This document shows positions 45,303-55,308 of a stretch of 64,000 nt of DNA, one piece after another (the first letter of the stretch is position 1; each line of letters begins with the position of its first letter). The stretch is from Vulcanimicrobiota bacterium. GTDB taxonomy: Bacteria; Vulcanimicrobiota; Xenobia; Xenobiales; QWHO01. Below the pieces are notes generated by a model. The model was not told where the DNA came from and did not search any database. It worked only from the letters and a program-made list of their open reading frames with translations. A program made the position numbers and the translations under genes. The stretch lies in the NCBI GenBank assembly GCA_039809865.1, contig JBDHVW010000036.1:1796-65795 (forward strand), written 5' to 3'.

Positions 45303-47069
45303 CTACCGGTCGAGCTGCTCGCGGATGACGCAGGCCAGGCGGTCGAGGGTGTAGGGCTTGGGCAGGAAGTGGTAGCACTCCCGGGGGAGTCCTGCCTGGG
45401 TCAAGGCGTCATCGGCATACCCGGAGACGAACAAGAACCGCAGGTCGGGCCGCCGTTCCAGCAGCACCCGGGCCAGAGCCGGTCCATCCATCTCCGGCAT
45501 CATGACGTCGCTCACGACCAGCGCTGGCGCCTGAGGCTCCTTCTCCAGGGCCGCCAGCGCCTCGCTCGCCCCGCTGCAGGCCAGCACGCGATAACCGCGC
45601 CGTTCCAAGAAACGGGCGGCCAGGACCCGGACGGAGTCGTGGTCCTCCACCAGCACCAGCGTCTCATCCCCGCCCGGGACCGTCGGTACGGGCGCGGAGG
45701 GGGTCGCGGGCGCAGGCTCCGAGGCGGACTCGCTCGTCGGGAGCAGCACACGGAAGCAGGCTCCGCCCCCGGGCACCTCGGCCAGCTCGAGACGTCCGCG
45801 GTGAGCCTCCACGATGGTGGCCACGATGGCCAGCCCCAGCCCGGTGCCGGCACCAGCCGGCTTGGTCGTGAAGAACGGCTCGAAAATGCGGTTTTTCAAC
45901 CCTTCGGGAAGTCCGGGGCCCTGATCGCTGACGCTGAAGACGACCTCGCCGCCTGAAGACTCCACGCGCAGCTCCACGCGACCCCGGCCCTGATTGGCGT
46001 CGCCCGCGTTGCTGACCAGGTTCTCCAGCACCTCGCAAAACGCCGAGGGGTCGGCCGCCACGCTGGCGTCGGGGCAGTCGATGAGCTGGCTCCAGGCCAC
46101 TCCCGGGGGCAGCAAGCGGGCCAGCGGGCCGGAGTCGGCCAGCAGGGCGCTCACCCGGATGGGCCGCAGGTGATAGACCTGGGCGCCGCTCACCGCCAAC
46201 AGGCGAGAAGCCAGCTCGGCAGCGCCTTCCAGGGAGCTCTCGAGCTCGGCCAGCACGGCCCGGTCCGATTCCGTCAGGGCGGTCTCCTCCGCGTAGACCT
46301 GCAGGCTCCCCAGAATGACGGTCAGCTTGTTGTTGACCAGATGGGCCACGCCGCCGGCGAGGCGCCCGACGGCGGCCACCCGATGGGCATGCAGCAAGTT
46401 GTCGTGCAGCTCGGCCCGCTCGGCCGACGTCCGATCCAGGCGCTCCAGGGTCTGGGAAAGGTCCCGCGACTGCTGCTCGACCTGCTCGTCCAGCCGGGTC
46501 CGCCGGTGTCGCGATTCCTCCAGGGATTGCTGCAGGAGGGCGCGCTGCTCGGCCAGCTCGGTGCCACGCTCGCGCAGGCTGCGGTCCAGACGGCAGCGGT
46601 CGAGCAGGCAGAGCCAGCCCATGACCGCTGCTCCCAGGGTGGTGAGGATCTCGTCCCGGGTGGCCGGCCCCGCGGGGCCGTACGGCCGCAGGGCCCACCA
46701 GACCACCATGCAGACCGCTGCGGTGGCCAGATAGTTGGGCTGGGAGAGCAGCGCCACGCCGAGGCTGAGCAGGACCAGTTGCAGGAGGCTGTCCTGATTG
46801 GTTTCGTAGCCCAGCAGATAGTCGACGGCGATGGAAGCCAGCACGATGGCAGCCACCACCAGCGCCAGCGCTTGAGCATGACGGGCGCGCACCTGCGGGC
46901 TGTGGAGAAGCACGTCCATCAGGCCGACGGCCAGGATGGTGACGAGGTCGGGCAGGTTGGGTAGGCCGCGGGCCACGTCGAGCAAACCGTAAGCGCAGCA
47001 GATCCAGAGGGTCAGGCGGGTGAAGAGCCGGACATTTTCCAGGGCGCGGCCGTCGGGGTCGTCTCTCAC
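45303..47069 (-). CDS. Membrane hybrid sensor histidine kinase with C-terminal receiver (about 588 aa)
   Basis: Roughly 5 TM N-terminal; HisKA (GVAHLVNNKL); HATPase (DQGPGL..GTGLGLAIV); receiver (LVLVEDHD..VVSDVMMPEMDG); GTG start at 47069 overlapping the upstream HK stop (GTGA). Confidence 0.8.
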   Translation of the reverse strand: MRDDPDGRALENVRLFTRLTLWICCAYGLLDVARGLPNLPDLVTILAVGLMDVLLHSPQVRARHAQALALVVAAIVLASIAVDYLLGYETNQDSLLQLVLLSLGVALLSQPNYLATAAVCMVVWWALRPYGPAGPATRDEILTTLGAAVMGWLCLLDRCRLDRSLRERGTELAEQRALLQQSLEESRHRRTRLDEQVEQQSRDLSQTLERLDRTSAERAELHDNLLHAHRVAAVGRLAGGVAHLVNNKLTVILGSLQVYAEETALTESDRAVLAELESSLEGAAELASRLLAVSGAQVYHLRPIRVSALLADSGPLARLLPPGVAWSQLIDCPDASVAADPSAFCEVLENLVSNAGDANQGRGRVELRVESSGGEVVFSVSDQGPGLPEGLKNRIFEPFFTTKPAGAGTGLGLAIVATIVEAHRGRLELAEVPGGGACFRVLLPTSESASEPAPATPSAPVPTVPGGDETLVLVEDHDSVRVLAARFLERRGYRVLACSGASEALAALEKEPQAPALVVSDVMMPEMDGPALARVLLERRPDLRFLFVSGYADDALTQAGLPRECYHFLPKPYTLDRLACVIREQLDR

Positions 47070-48430
47070 CCGGGCTCCAGGGGAAGCGCCACGAGAATGG
47101 TGGTCCCCCCCGTTCCCCCCGAGCTCTGGGCCCAGACCGAGCCGCCGTGCTGGCTGACGATGCCCGCCACGACGGCCAGCCCGAGGCCGTCCTCGGGCGA
47201 GGCAAAGGGCTCGAACAGGGCCTCGGCTTCGGCCCGGCTCATGCGCGGCCCACTGTCGCTCAAAGACAGCACCACGCGATTGTCGACCCGGTCGGCCCGG
47301 ATGCGCAGGCTGCCGCGACCGTGCATCGCCTCGCGTGCCCGCAAAGCCAGGTGAAGAATGGCCTGCTGCAGCTGGGCCCGGTCCGCCAGCACGTGCGCCC
47401 CCGGACAGCGGATGCGCACCGAGAGCTCGATCTGGTCGCCCACCACGCCCGCCAGCAGCACCCGCGACGAGTCCAGCAGCTCCTCGAGCGAGAGCCGGGC
47501 TTTCTCGAGGGGTTGGCGGCGACTGAAGAGGAGCATTTGACGGGTCAACTGGGCGACGTCGCCCAGTTGCCGGCGCACCTCCTCCAGAGCCGGGCCGGGG
47601 GCGCTCTCGCGCAACTGGTCCAGGTTGAGGTTGATCAGGGTCAGGCGATTTCCCAGGTCGTGAGCCACCGAGCTGGCCAGCTGGCCCAGGTGGTCGCGCC
47701 GGCGCAGACGCTCGATCTGCTTGCTCAACACCAATTTTTGTGTCCGGGTCTGCTCCACTCCCCGGTTGGCCGCGACCAGCTCGGAGGTGCGTCGCTCCAC
47801 GCGTTCGTCCAGCTCCTCGCCCAGAGACTCGGCCTGCCGCACCGCGTCGCGCAGGAGGTCGTTGTCCTCGCGCTCGGCCACGACCAGCTTGTGTTGACGC
47901 CACAGTCCGCGGCGCCGGACGGCCAGACAACCCGCCGCCACCAGCAGCATCGAGAAGACCGTTTGCGTCAGGCTGATCGGGTCGTTGGGCAGGGGATTGG
48001 ACATCTGCACCAGCACCAGGTGGCTGACGATGGTCAGGGCGGCCAGGCCGAGCCAGAGCCACTCGAGCGCCAGCACGCCCGCGCACAGCAACAGGAGGTT
48101 CATGGTCGTGAGATACTGGGGCTCGAGGTCGGCCAGGTGGTGCACGGTGGCCACCGTGGCCACGATCGTCAGCGTCAGCCAGAGCGCAGCGTTGCCCCAG
48201 TCTTCGGAGTGGTTGGGAACCCTGGTCGCCTGGCGCAGCAAGAGGATGAGCAAGATCTCGAGCCCGAGAAAGCAGAGGCTGTAAATGCGCGCCTCGCCGC
48301 TCCAGAGCACGGCATGCGTGACGAAGAAGCCCAGCAGCACGAGCGCCGCTCCGAGCATGATCGGAGGGGCCGCCTCGTTAACCCGCTCCCGACACTCATG
48401 GCGAAAACTGGCACCCTCTGGCTGCATCAA
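47066..48430 (-). CDS. Membrane sensor histidine kinase (454 aa)
   Basis: Multi-TM N-terminal; HisKA (SSVAHDLGNRLT); HATPase (DSGPRM...GLGLAVV). Confidence 0.8.
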   Translation of the reverse strand: MMQPEGASFRHECRERVNEAAPPIMLGAALVLLGFFVTHAVLWSGEARIYSLCFLGLEILLILLLRQATRVPNHSEDWGNAALWLTLTIVATVATVHHLADLEPQYLTTMNLLLLCAGVLALEWLWLGLAALTIVSHLVLVQMSNPLPNDPISLTQTVFSMLLVAAGCLAVRRRGLWRQHKLVVAEREDNDLLRDAVRQAESLGEELDERVERRTSELVAANRGVEQTRTQKLVLSKQIERLRRRDHLGQLASSVAHDLGNRLTLINLNLDQLRESAPGPALEEVRRQLGDVAQLTRQMLLFSRRQPLEKARLSLEELLDSSRVLLAGVVGDQIELSVRIRCPGAHVLADRAQLQQAILHLALRAREAMHGRGSLRIRADRVDNRVVLSLSDSGPRMSRAEAEALFEPFASPEDGLGLAVVAGIVSQHGGSVWAQSSGGTGGTTILVALPLEPG

Positions 48431-48735
48431 AGGGGGAATTCGCGAGCGACCCTTCGATCACTTGTCGTTCATTATGATACATTCTGGCCCTTGGGGGCGA
48501 GGAATGTCCTAGGACGGGTCGGGAGAAGGCCACTCGGCATCTCCTCAACAGGTGATCTTTAAGGTTAAGAACGGGTGAAGAAGATCCATCCAAGTCTCAT
48601 CCGAGTCAAGCCGGTTCTTCACCTCACCGATCTACAATCAAGGCATGATCGGCCCGCGGTTGCGCTCGAGGCTCACGAAACCGACGCTGGCAACCTGTCG
48701 AGGCCCCCGGCTTGACCGCCCTGTCAGGAGGAGAC

Positions 48736-50292
48736 ATGTATTCGATACCGCTGGATGTGTTGGTCCTGGGACGAGCAGGTCTGGTCCGCTCGGCCGCCTG
48801 TCAGCTGCTGGCCCAGGAGAGCGTCTGCAGACTGGTCGAGCGAGGATTCGAAGAGGGTCTCCAGGAGCTGGAACGGCGACGGTTCGATGCCATCCTGGTT
48901 CACCACGAGCGAGAGCCGGGCGGCGTCGAGTTGCTCCGCGAGGTCTGCCGGCTGGCTCCCGAGGCAGCCGTCCTGGTGCTGGCCGCGCATCCCGACCGCA
49001 TGCACGGCCTGAGCGCGGTCCAAAACGGCGCTCACGAGTATCTGTGCCTCAGCGCACTGGGACCCGGAGAGCTCTACCACCGCCTGCGCCTGGCCGTCGA
49101 GCGCCGCCGTTTCGAGACCACTCACGAGCTGGCCCGCGACCAGATGGTCCAGGTCCAGAAGATGGAGGCCCTCGGCAGGGTGGCCGCGGGAATGACTCAC
49201 GACTTCCGCAACCTGGTCACCATCATCCTGGGCAACTGCCAGATACTCCGCCGTCTTCTTCCCGACGAGGACCGCCTGCGGGCGCCCGTGGACGAGATCA
49301 TTCTGGCCGGCCACAAGGCAAACAACGTGGTGGGCCACCTGCTTCAGTTCGCCCGCGAGCAAAAGCGGGAGAGGACCGAGCTCGACCTCAACGAGCTGGT
49401 CCGTGAGATGGAGTCTCTCGCCCGGCCGCTGCTCCAGCAGCGCATTCGACTCGAGCTCTCCCTGGCCGAGCAAGAAGTGCCAGCGGTCGTGAACCGGACC
49501 TCACTCGAGCAGATTCTCATGAATCTCCTGGTCAACGCTGTGGACGCGGTGCATCCGGAAACAGGCCGGATCTGGCTCTCGGTCGAGATCGTCCGGACGC
49601 CGGCTGCCTATCTGGCCCGGGGGCTGTGCCTGGAGCACCCGGCCTATGCCCTGGTCACTGTGGCCGACAATGGGCGCGGACTGGAGCCGGGCTCCCGGCC
49701 CCGCCTGTTCGAGCCCTTCTACACCACCAAGCCCCGGGGCACGGGTCTGGGGCTGAGCACAGCCTACGCGCTGGCGCGGGAAAACGAAGGACATCTGGGC
49801 GTGACCTCCCGGCCCAACGTGGGGACAGCGTTCCAGTTGTTCCTACCCCTGGCCGTCCAGCTCCCCGAGCTTCCCGACTGCCCGGGAACGTTCCTCATCC
49901 TGGACCGCGACGACGAGGAGCGCGTCAGCCTGCGCCGGACTCTCCAGAAACTTGGCGCGGATGTCCTGGAAGCGCGTTGTTTGGAAGACGTTCCCCGCAT
50001 GATGACGAGCTCGCGCCGGCCCGATTGGATTCTGGCCGAGGCCGAGCAGGCCGAGGGGTCGCTCGAGACCCTGGCGCAATACGGTTGTTCCCTGGTGCTT
50101 CTCTCGGGACTGCCCGCAAGTCTGCGCGAGCCCCCAGGGGGCTGGCCGGTGCTGACCCGCCCCGTCTCGGCCGAGAAGCTCGTGCAAATGACCCGAGCAG
50201 GCGCGTCTGGGACGGGCCCGTTGATCCCCTCCCCCGGCCCGAGCCCCTGGGTCCTGCTTCCGCCGGCCGACCGGCTCCAGGAATCGCTCTGA
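48736..50292 (+). CDS. Histidine kinase with N- and C-terminal receiver-like domains
   Basis: AGGAGG Shine-Dalgarno 5 nt upstream of ATG 48736 (the track ORF starts at TTG 48712); HisKA (GMTHDFRNLV); HATPase (DNGRGLEP..GTGLGLS); receiver-like ends. Confidence 0.75.
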   Translation: MYSIPLDVLVLGRAGLVRSAACQLLAQESVCRLVERGFEEGLQELERRRFDAILVHHEREPGGVELLREVCRLAPEAAVLVLAAHPDRMHGLSAVQNGAHEYLCLSALGPGELYHRLRLAVERRRFETTHELARDQMVQVQKMEALGRVAAGMTHDFRNLVTIILGNCQILRRLLPDEDRLRAPVDEIILAGHKANNVVGHLLQFAREQKRERTELDLNELVREMESLARPLLQQRIRLELSLAEQEVPAVVNRTSLEQILMNLLVNAVDAVHPETGRIWLSVEIVRTPAAYLARGLCLEHPAYALVTVADNGRGLEPGSRPRLFEPFYTTKPRGTGLGLSTAYALARENEGHLGVTSRPNVGTAFQLFLPLAVQLPELPDCPGTFLILDRDDEERVSLRRTLQKLGADVLEARCLEDVPRMMTSSRRPDWILAEAEQAEGSLETLAQYGCSLVLLSGLPASLREPPGGWPVLTRPVSAEKLVQMTRAGASGTGPLIPSPGPSPWVLLPPADRLQESL

Positions 50293-50511
50293 CTGCGGGC
50301 GGAGGCGCGAATTGGCGGGAAAGGGAGCGAGTCGAACACTCCTCTGGCGCGAGCCAGACAACGGTTTTGAAGACCGCGAAGGCCACCGGGCCCCATCCAA
50401 TCCCACAGGCCTGTTCTGCCCCCGCCCGCGCGCCCCTCCCCGAGAAAGAGGAAAGAGAATTCGATTGCGAGAACCGCATTCCGCATAAAATTCAACCTGG
50501 GGGAATTTCCG

Positions 50512-52071
50512 ATGAATCTTCGTCATAAATGCCTCGCACTGGCCTTAACGACCTCTCTCGCCTTTTTCGGCTGCAGCGCCGGTACCGGCGATCAGAATGC
50601 CAGCCCGGCAGCCGGCGGACCCCCCAATGGTGACGGCGATGGGTTCCTCAGCTTCTCCCTCAATCTCGGCCCCCTGGGTCCCAACGACCGGGCCGATGTC
50701 CTGATGATCAACGCCCCCGACCCCGGCGACCCGACCAACATCGGGGTCAACATCAACAACACCACCGGGCGGGAGAGCGAGCCTCCCAGCGCCGTCTCCG
50801 AAGGCCGCGACCGCCCCTTCCACCGCGAGCAGGCCGACCTGGCCAGCTTCGAGGCCGGGCGCTCCGTTCAGCCCCGCTTTGACGAGACCATCCAGCCGCG
50901 CTTCGAGGAGATCCCGCAGGGGGGCTCGTTCGACTTCACCCTCGATGGCACGGTCATCCCGTGCCAGAAGATCTTGTCCGAGGCGCAGACGGTGCATTGC
51001 GAGATCTTCGCCGAAGTGGTGGACGGCACGCCCGTGCTCGACCCGGCCTCGGCCGTGGTCGTCGCCCAGGCCTGGGACAGCGACAACCCGGCCCGGCCCG
51101 GCTCGGGCATCTACGACCAGGTGCGCGCCCAGTTCGGCTCGGAGTGGAACGTGAACCCCGCCGGGGGTCGGGACGGAGACGAGAAGGTCGTGCTGGTCTT
51201 CCTGACCGAGGAGAGCGCCGGTGGAGACGGCACCTTCGGCTTCTTCCGCCCGGTCGACGAGTTGACCAAAAGCCAGTTTCCCGATTCCAATCAGGGCGAG
51301 ATCCTGTATCTCAACGCCAACGTGGCCCCGTTCGACCTGCTGGCCACGCTGGCCCACGAGTTCCAGCACCTGGTCCGCTTCAACCAGAAGGTCGTGCAGC
51401 AGGGCACCTTCGCCGGCACCAACGAGGACCGCACCATCAATGAGGGCTGCTCGGTCAACGCCGAGGAGATTTGCGGTTACAGCCTCACCGCCCCCGGCGG
51501 GGGCAACAGCTTCATCTTCTCGACCAGCCGCGCCTACCTCAACGCGGCCGGCAGCTTCAATCTCTTCGAGGGCTTCAACAACGGCGGCCGCTACTATGGC
51601 GGCGGCTACCTGCTGGTGAAGTACTTCCGCGAGCAGTTCGGCGACGCGGCCTTCGTGACGTTCAACACCAACACGGCCGTGGGCTACGACAATATGGCCA
51701 ACGTCTCCGGGGTGGGCCGCTACGAGCTCTGGCGTCGCTTCTCCCTGGCCATGCTGGCCTCCGGCTTCGCGGGCAGCGTCCCGCCCGAAGCGCTCTTTCC
51801 CTCCGGATTCACCACCAACGGCACGTACGATGTCCGCGACCTGGGCCTGGCCACGCTGCCGGGCTTGCAGCCCAAGCAGACCCTGGACGCCAGCGCCCAG
51901 CTCAATACCTCGATCATTCCCTATTCCGTCACGCTGGCGCGCATCACCGGCGGCTCCACCGGCGACGTCGTCTTGTTGGGCGCCGTGGGCGGCGTCACTA
52001 TCTTCGATGTGCTGCTGCAGAGCCCGCCGGGCACGGTCGTCAACGAGGTCCAGCAGAACTTCGGACTTTAG
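50512..52071 (+). CDS. Lipoprotein zinc metalloprotease (HEXXH)
   Basis: Signal peptide with lipobox LAFFGCS; zincin motif LAHEFQHLV. Confidence 0.7.
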   Translation: MNLRHKCLALALTTSLAFFGCSAGTGDQNASPAAGGPPNGDGDGFLSFSLNLGPLGPNDRADVLMINAPDPGDPTNIGVNINNTTGRESEPPSAVSEGRDRPFHREQADLASFEAGRSVQPRFDETIQPRFEEIPQGGSFDFTLDGTVIPCQKILSEAQTVHCEIFAEVVDGTPVLDPASAVVVAQAWDSDNPARPGSGIYDQVRAQFGSEWNVNPAGGRDGDEKVVLVFLTEESAGGDGTFGFFRPVDELTKSQFPDSNQGEILYLNANVAPFDLLATLAHEFQHLVRFNQKVVQQGTFAGTNEDRTINEGCSVNAEEICGYSLTAPGGGNSFIFSTSRAYLNAAGSFNLFEGFNNGGRYYGGGYLLVKYFREQFGDAAFVTFNTNTAVGYDNMANVSGVGRYELWRRFSLAMLASGFAGSVPPEALFPSGFTTNGTYDVRDLGLATLPGLQPKQTLDASAQLNTSIIPYSVTLARITGGSTGDVVLLGAVGGVTIFDVLLQSPPGTVVNEVQQNFGL

Positions 52072-52111
52072 AAGGAACTGCGGGCCCATCGGATAAGCTC
52101 CCGGCCGTCTC

Positions 52112-52714
52112 ATGGCCGTCTCGCCCGCAGCGTTCGAAAAGGAAGCCCTGGTGCATATGGATGCGCTGTTTCGCTATGCGAAGCGGCTCACCAACCACGA
52201 CCGGGACGCCGAGGATTTGCTGCAGGAAACCTACCTGCGCGCGGTCCGCTTCTTCGACAAGTATAAAGAAGGCACCAACTGCAAGGCCTGGCTGTTCCGG
52301 ATCATGCACAACCTGCATGTCAACCGGTGGCAGTCCAAGGCCAGGCAGGCCGTGGACTCGCTCGACGACACCGAGGAGTGGTATCTCTACGACCATCTCC
52401 ACGACAAGGAGACGCAGCTCGAGGGCAGCCCCGAGAAGGCGTTCTTCGAGCAGAACTGGACCGAAGAGGTCAAGAACGCCATTGACGCGCTCCCTGACGA
52501 GTTCAAGGCGCCGCTCATCCTGTGCGACGTGGAGGGCTTCTCCTACCAGGAGATCGCCGACATCCTCGAGACCCCGGTGGGCACGGTGCGCTCGCGGCTC
52601 AACCGGGCCCGCAGAAGGCTGCAGAAAATGCTCTGGGATTATGTAAAAAAGGAGCGGCCCGACCTTGCGGCCGGCTTCCGCCCCGATTTCCCCGAGCACG
52701 ATATCATGCGCTAG
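52112..52714 (+). CDS. ECF-type RNA polymerase sigma-70 factor
   Basis: Region 2 (LLQETYLRAVRF, WLFRIMHN) and region 4 (FSYQEIADILETPVGTVRSRLNRARRRL). Confidence 0.85.
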   Translation: MAVSPAAFEKEALVHMDALFRYAKRLTNHDRDAEDLLQETYLRAVRFFDKYKEGTNCKAWLFRIMHNLHVNRWQSKARQAVDSLDDTEEWYLYDHLHDKETQLEGSPEKAFFEQNWTEEVKNAIDALPDEFKAPLILCDVEGFSYQEIADILETPVGTVRSRLNRARRRLQKMLWDYVKKERPDLAAGFRPDFPEHDIMR

Positions 52715-52725
52715 CGGAGCCCGCA

Positions 52726-52812
52726 AGTCGGGCCCGTAACTTGCCGCGAAGAACTTGTTCTGAACGGCCCAATGTGTTGGGCCCGACTTGTGGGCGCAGC
52801 GCCCACAGGTTG
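52726..52812. terminator. Nested hairpins between convergent genes: a 12-bp inverted repeat (CAAGTCGGGCCC / GGGCCCGACTTG) and a 9-bp-stem hairpin TGTGGGCGC-A-GCGCCCACA
   Basis: Perfect inverted repeats seen directly; they lie between the stops of the ECF sigma gene (+) and the hypothetical gene (-). Confidence 0.4.
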
Positions 52813-53334
52813 TTACTTGTCGCCCTCGTTGCGGATGAGGGTCACGAAGTTGGCCATGATCTCGCGGGCCATCGGCAGCACCTGGTCGCGCAGGATCCAC
52901 GTGATGACGTCGTTGCCGTTGGACAGGTGATGCTTCTTGGCATACTCCGTCACGGTCTTCTCGCTCAGCCACTGGCCCGTCGGCATCAGGTAAGCCACCT
53001 CGACGAACTTCTTACCGCCTTTACCAGCGTCGGAAGAGGCGCGTACCACGAACTCCTTGATGTTCTTGCCGTGCGGGCCCTTGCGCAGGTCCTTCTCGAG
53101 CGCATCCGTGTCACCGGCGGGAGCCGAGAGGATGAGGTAGTTACCCTCTTCCTCCGGGACCGCGCGGGTCTTCTCGAATGCGAACGTCTTGGAGCTCTGC
53201 ACGTCCAGGAAGCGCAGGCCGCCCAGTTTGGTGGGGGAGCCCATGGCGACGTACTCGCCGTAGATATCCGTCAGAATCACGTTGATCGCTTCGCCAACGC
53301 GGTTAAAATCGATTTTTGCCTTCAGTTCAGCCAT
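52813..53334 (-). CDS. Conserved hypothetical protein (173 aa)
   Basis: Clean ORF with a Lys-rich, globular-looking sequence; no family recognised. Confidence 0.5.
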   Translation of the reverse strand: MAELKAKIDFNRVGEAINVILTDIYGEYVAMGSPTKLGGLRFLDVQSSKTFAFEKTRAVPEEEGNYLILSAPAGDTDALEKDLRKGPHGKNIKEFVVRASSDAGKGGKKFVEVAYLMPTGQWLSEKTVTEYAKKHHLSNGNDVITWILRDQVLPMAREIMANFVTLIRNEGDK

Positions 53335-53358
53335 TGCACCCTTCTCCTTAAAGAACGT

Positions 53359-54999
53359 TTATAACACGACCAGGCGAGCGTCTTCAATCCCCTGCAGCGC
53401 GCGGATCTTCTCCACCACGCCGTCAGCCGGAAGCTCGTCCACCGCCATCACCATCACCGCGCGGCCCCGCTGCGAGGAGCGCCCCACCTGCATCTCGGCA
53501 ATGTTGACGTCGGCATCACCCAGGGCCGTGCCCACCTTGCCAACCACGCCGGGCGTGTCGTCCTGCCAGGTGAAAAGCTTGATCCCATCGGGAACCAGGT
53601 TGATCGGAAAGTGATCCAGCTCGATGATGCGGGGCTGATCGTCGAACACAGCGCCCGAGAGGCGCCGGGTGCCCTTCTCATGCTCGAGCTCCAGCTCGAT
53701 CAGGTTGGAGTACGTGCCCGAGGCGCGCGAGGTGGACTCGGTCGTCTCGATGCCGCGCTCCTGCGCCACCAGAATGGCGTTCACGAAGTTCACCACCTCG
53801 CAGTAAGAGACGCTCAGCATTCCCCGCAGCACGGCCTTAGTCAGGTAGCTGACCTCGGCGTCCGCCAGGCCGCCCTTGTAGTGCAGGCGCACTTTCCGGG
53901 CGGGGCCCGGCGAGAGAGCGGCCGCCAGCTTGCCCATCTGCTCCGACAGGTGCATGAACGGGCGCAGCGCCGACATCACCTCGGGCCGCAGATAGGGGAT
54001 GTTGACCGCCGAGCGCGGCGGGTTGCCCTGGAAGACCTCGGCGATTTGCTCGGCCACGTCGATGGCGACGCGGTTCTGGGCTTCATGCGTGGAGGCGGCC
54101 AGGTGGGGCGTCATTACGATGCCTTTGCTGCCATGCAGGGGCGAATCGTCTTTCAGGGGCTCGCTCGAGAACACGTCCAGGGCGGCGGTGGCCAGCTGGC
54201 CGCTCTTCACGGCCTCGACCAGGGCCGCCTCGTCCACGATGCCGCCGCGCGCGCAGTTCACCAGCACGGCGCCCTTTTTCATCAGGGCCAGGCGGTCGGC
54301 CGAGAACAGGTTGCGGGTCTCGTTGCTCAGGGGCACGTGGATCGTGACGTAGTCGGCCACCTTCAGCAGGTCATCCAGCGCCATCGCCTCGATGCCGCGG
54401 TCGCGGGCATACTCGGCCGTCAGGAACGGGTCGTAGGCCACCACCCGCATCTGGAACGAAGCCGCGCGGGAGGCGACCTCGCGGCCGATGCGGCCCAGGC
54501 CGACGATGCCGATCGTCTTCTGGTAGAGCTCCAGTCCCGTGAAGGACTTGCGATCCCACTGACCGGCCACCATCGAGGCGTGGGCCTGGGGAATCATGCG
54601 GGCCGAGGCCAGCAGCAGCGCCATCGTGTGCTCCGCGGCCGAGATGGTGTTGCCGCCGGGGGAGTTCACGACCAGGATGCCGCGCTGGGTGGCGGCCTCC
54701 ACGTCGATGTTGTCCACGCCGACTCCGGCGCGGCCGATGATCTGCAGGTTCTCGGCCGCTTCGATCACCTCGCGCGTGACGCGCGAGGCGCTGCGGACGA
54801 TGAGGGCCTGATAGGGCTTGACCTTCTCCGCCAGCTGGGCGGGCGTCAGGCCGGAGACGGTGTCGATCTCGGCGATGCCCTGGAGGGCGACGAGGGCTTC
54901 GGCGGGCAGCGGGTCGCTTACCAACACTTTGGGCTTCACAGTGGGCTCTTTTCCGGCGGCCGGGGTAGCGGCGGCCGTGGTTACGGTAGATTGGCTCAT
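53359..54999 (-). CDS. serA: D-3-phosphoglycerate dehydrogenase with C-terminal ACT domain
   Basis: NAD-binding GIVGLGRIGREVA; catalytic region HVPLSNETRNL..RGG..DE; 546 aa long form with ASB/ACT C-terminus. Confidence 0.9.
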   Translation of the reverse strand: MSQSTVTTAAATPAAGKEPTVKPKVLVSDPLPAEALVALQGIAEIDTVSGLTPAQLAEKVKPYQALIVRSASRVTREVIEAAENLQIIGRAGVGVDNIDVEAATQRGILVVNSPGGNTISAAEHTMALLLASARMIPQAHASMVAGQWDRKSFTGLELYQKTIGIVGLGRIGREVASRAASFQMRVVAYDPFLTAEYARDRGIEAMALDDLLKVADYVTIHVPLSNETRNLFSADRLALMKKGAVLVNCARGGIVDEAALVEAVKSGQLATAALDVFSSEPLKDDSPLHGSKGIVMTPHLAASTHEAQNRVAIDVAEQIAEVFQGNPPRSAVNIPYLRPEVMSALRPFMHLSEQMGKLAAALSPGPARKVRLHYKGGLADAEVSYLTKAVLRGMLSVSYCEVVNFVNAILVAQERGIETTESTSRASGTYSNLIELELEHEKGTRRLSGAVFDDQPRIIELDHFPINLVPDGIKLFTWQDDTPGVVGKVGTALGDADVNIAEMQVGRSSQRGRAVMVMAVDELPADGVVEKIRALQGIEDARLVVL

Positions 55000-55308
55000 A
55001 GCGCGCGGTTTTTACGACAACCAGAGCGCAGATCCTTTTGCAGGGGTGAGCGTCAGCGAGAAGAACGTCCCGGCGATGTCCCAGAAAAGCCTCTCTTTGC
55101 TCATCCAATCGTCGCGCGAGGCGCTGGGGGAGGCCCTGGCCGACCTGCGCAGCGCCCAGCAGCAACTCGACTACCTGGACGCCGAGGGGCTCGATCTGCC
55201 CTTTCCGCGCTCCCGCCTGGATCAAGCCTACACGCAGTGCTTGAACGCGAGCAGAGCTTTAGATGCGCTGGCAGGATCCAAGCACTAGCGCGGCGGAGTA
55301 AACAGGCG

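Noticed and set aside
50330-50400. Possible tRNA or tmRNA-like T-arm (GGAGUG-UUCGACU-CGCUCC on the minus strand)
   Set aside because: I could not find a complementary acceptor 5' strand, a D-arm or a CCA-compatible 3' end in the flanks. It is probably a chance TΨC-like hairpin. No tRNA called.
55075-55288. 70 aa ORF (MSQKSLSLLIQSSREALGEALADLRSAQQQLDYLD...) between serA and tatA
   Set aside because: It is short with no motif and only moderate codon bias. It could be a small protein or just the tatA leader region, so I did not list it as a feature.
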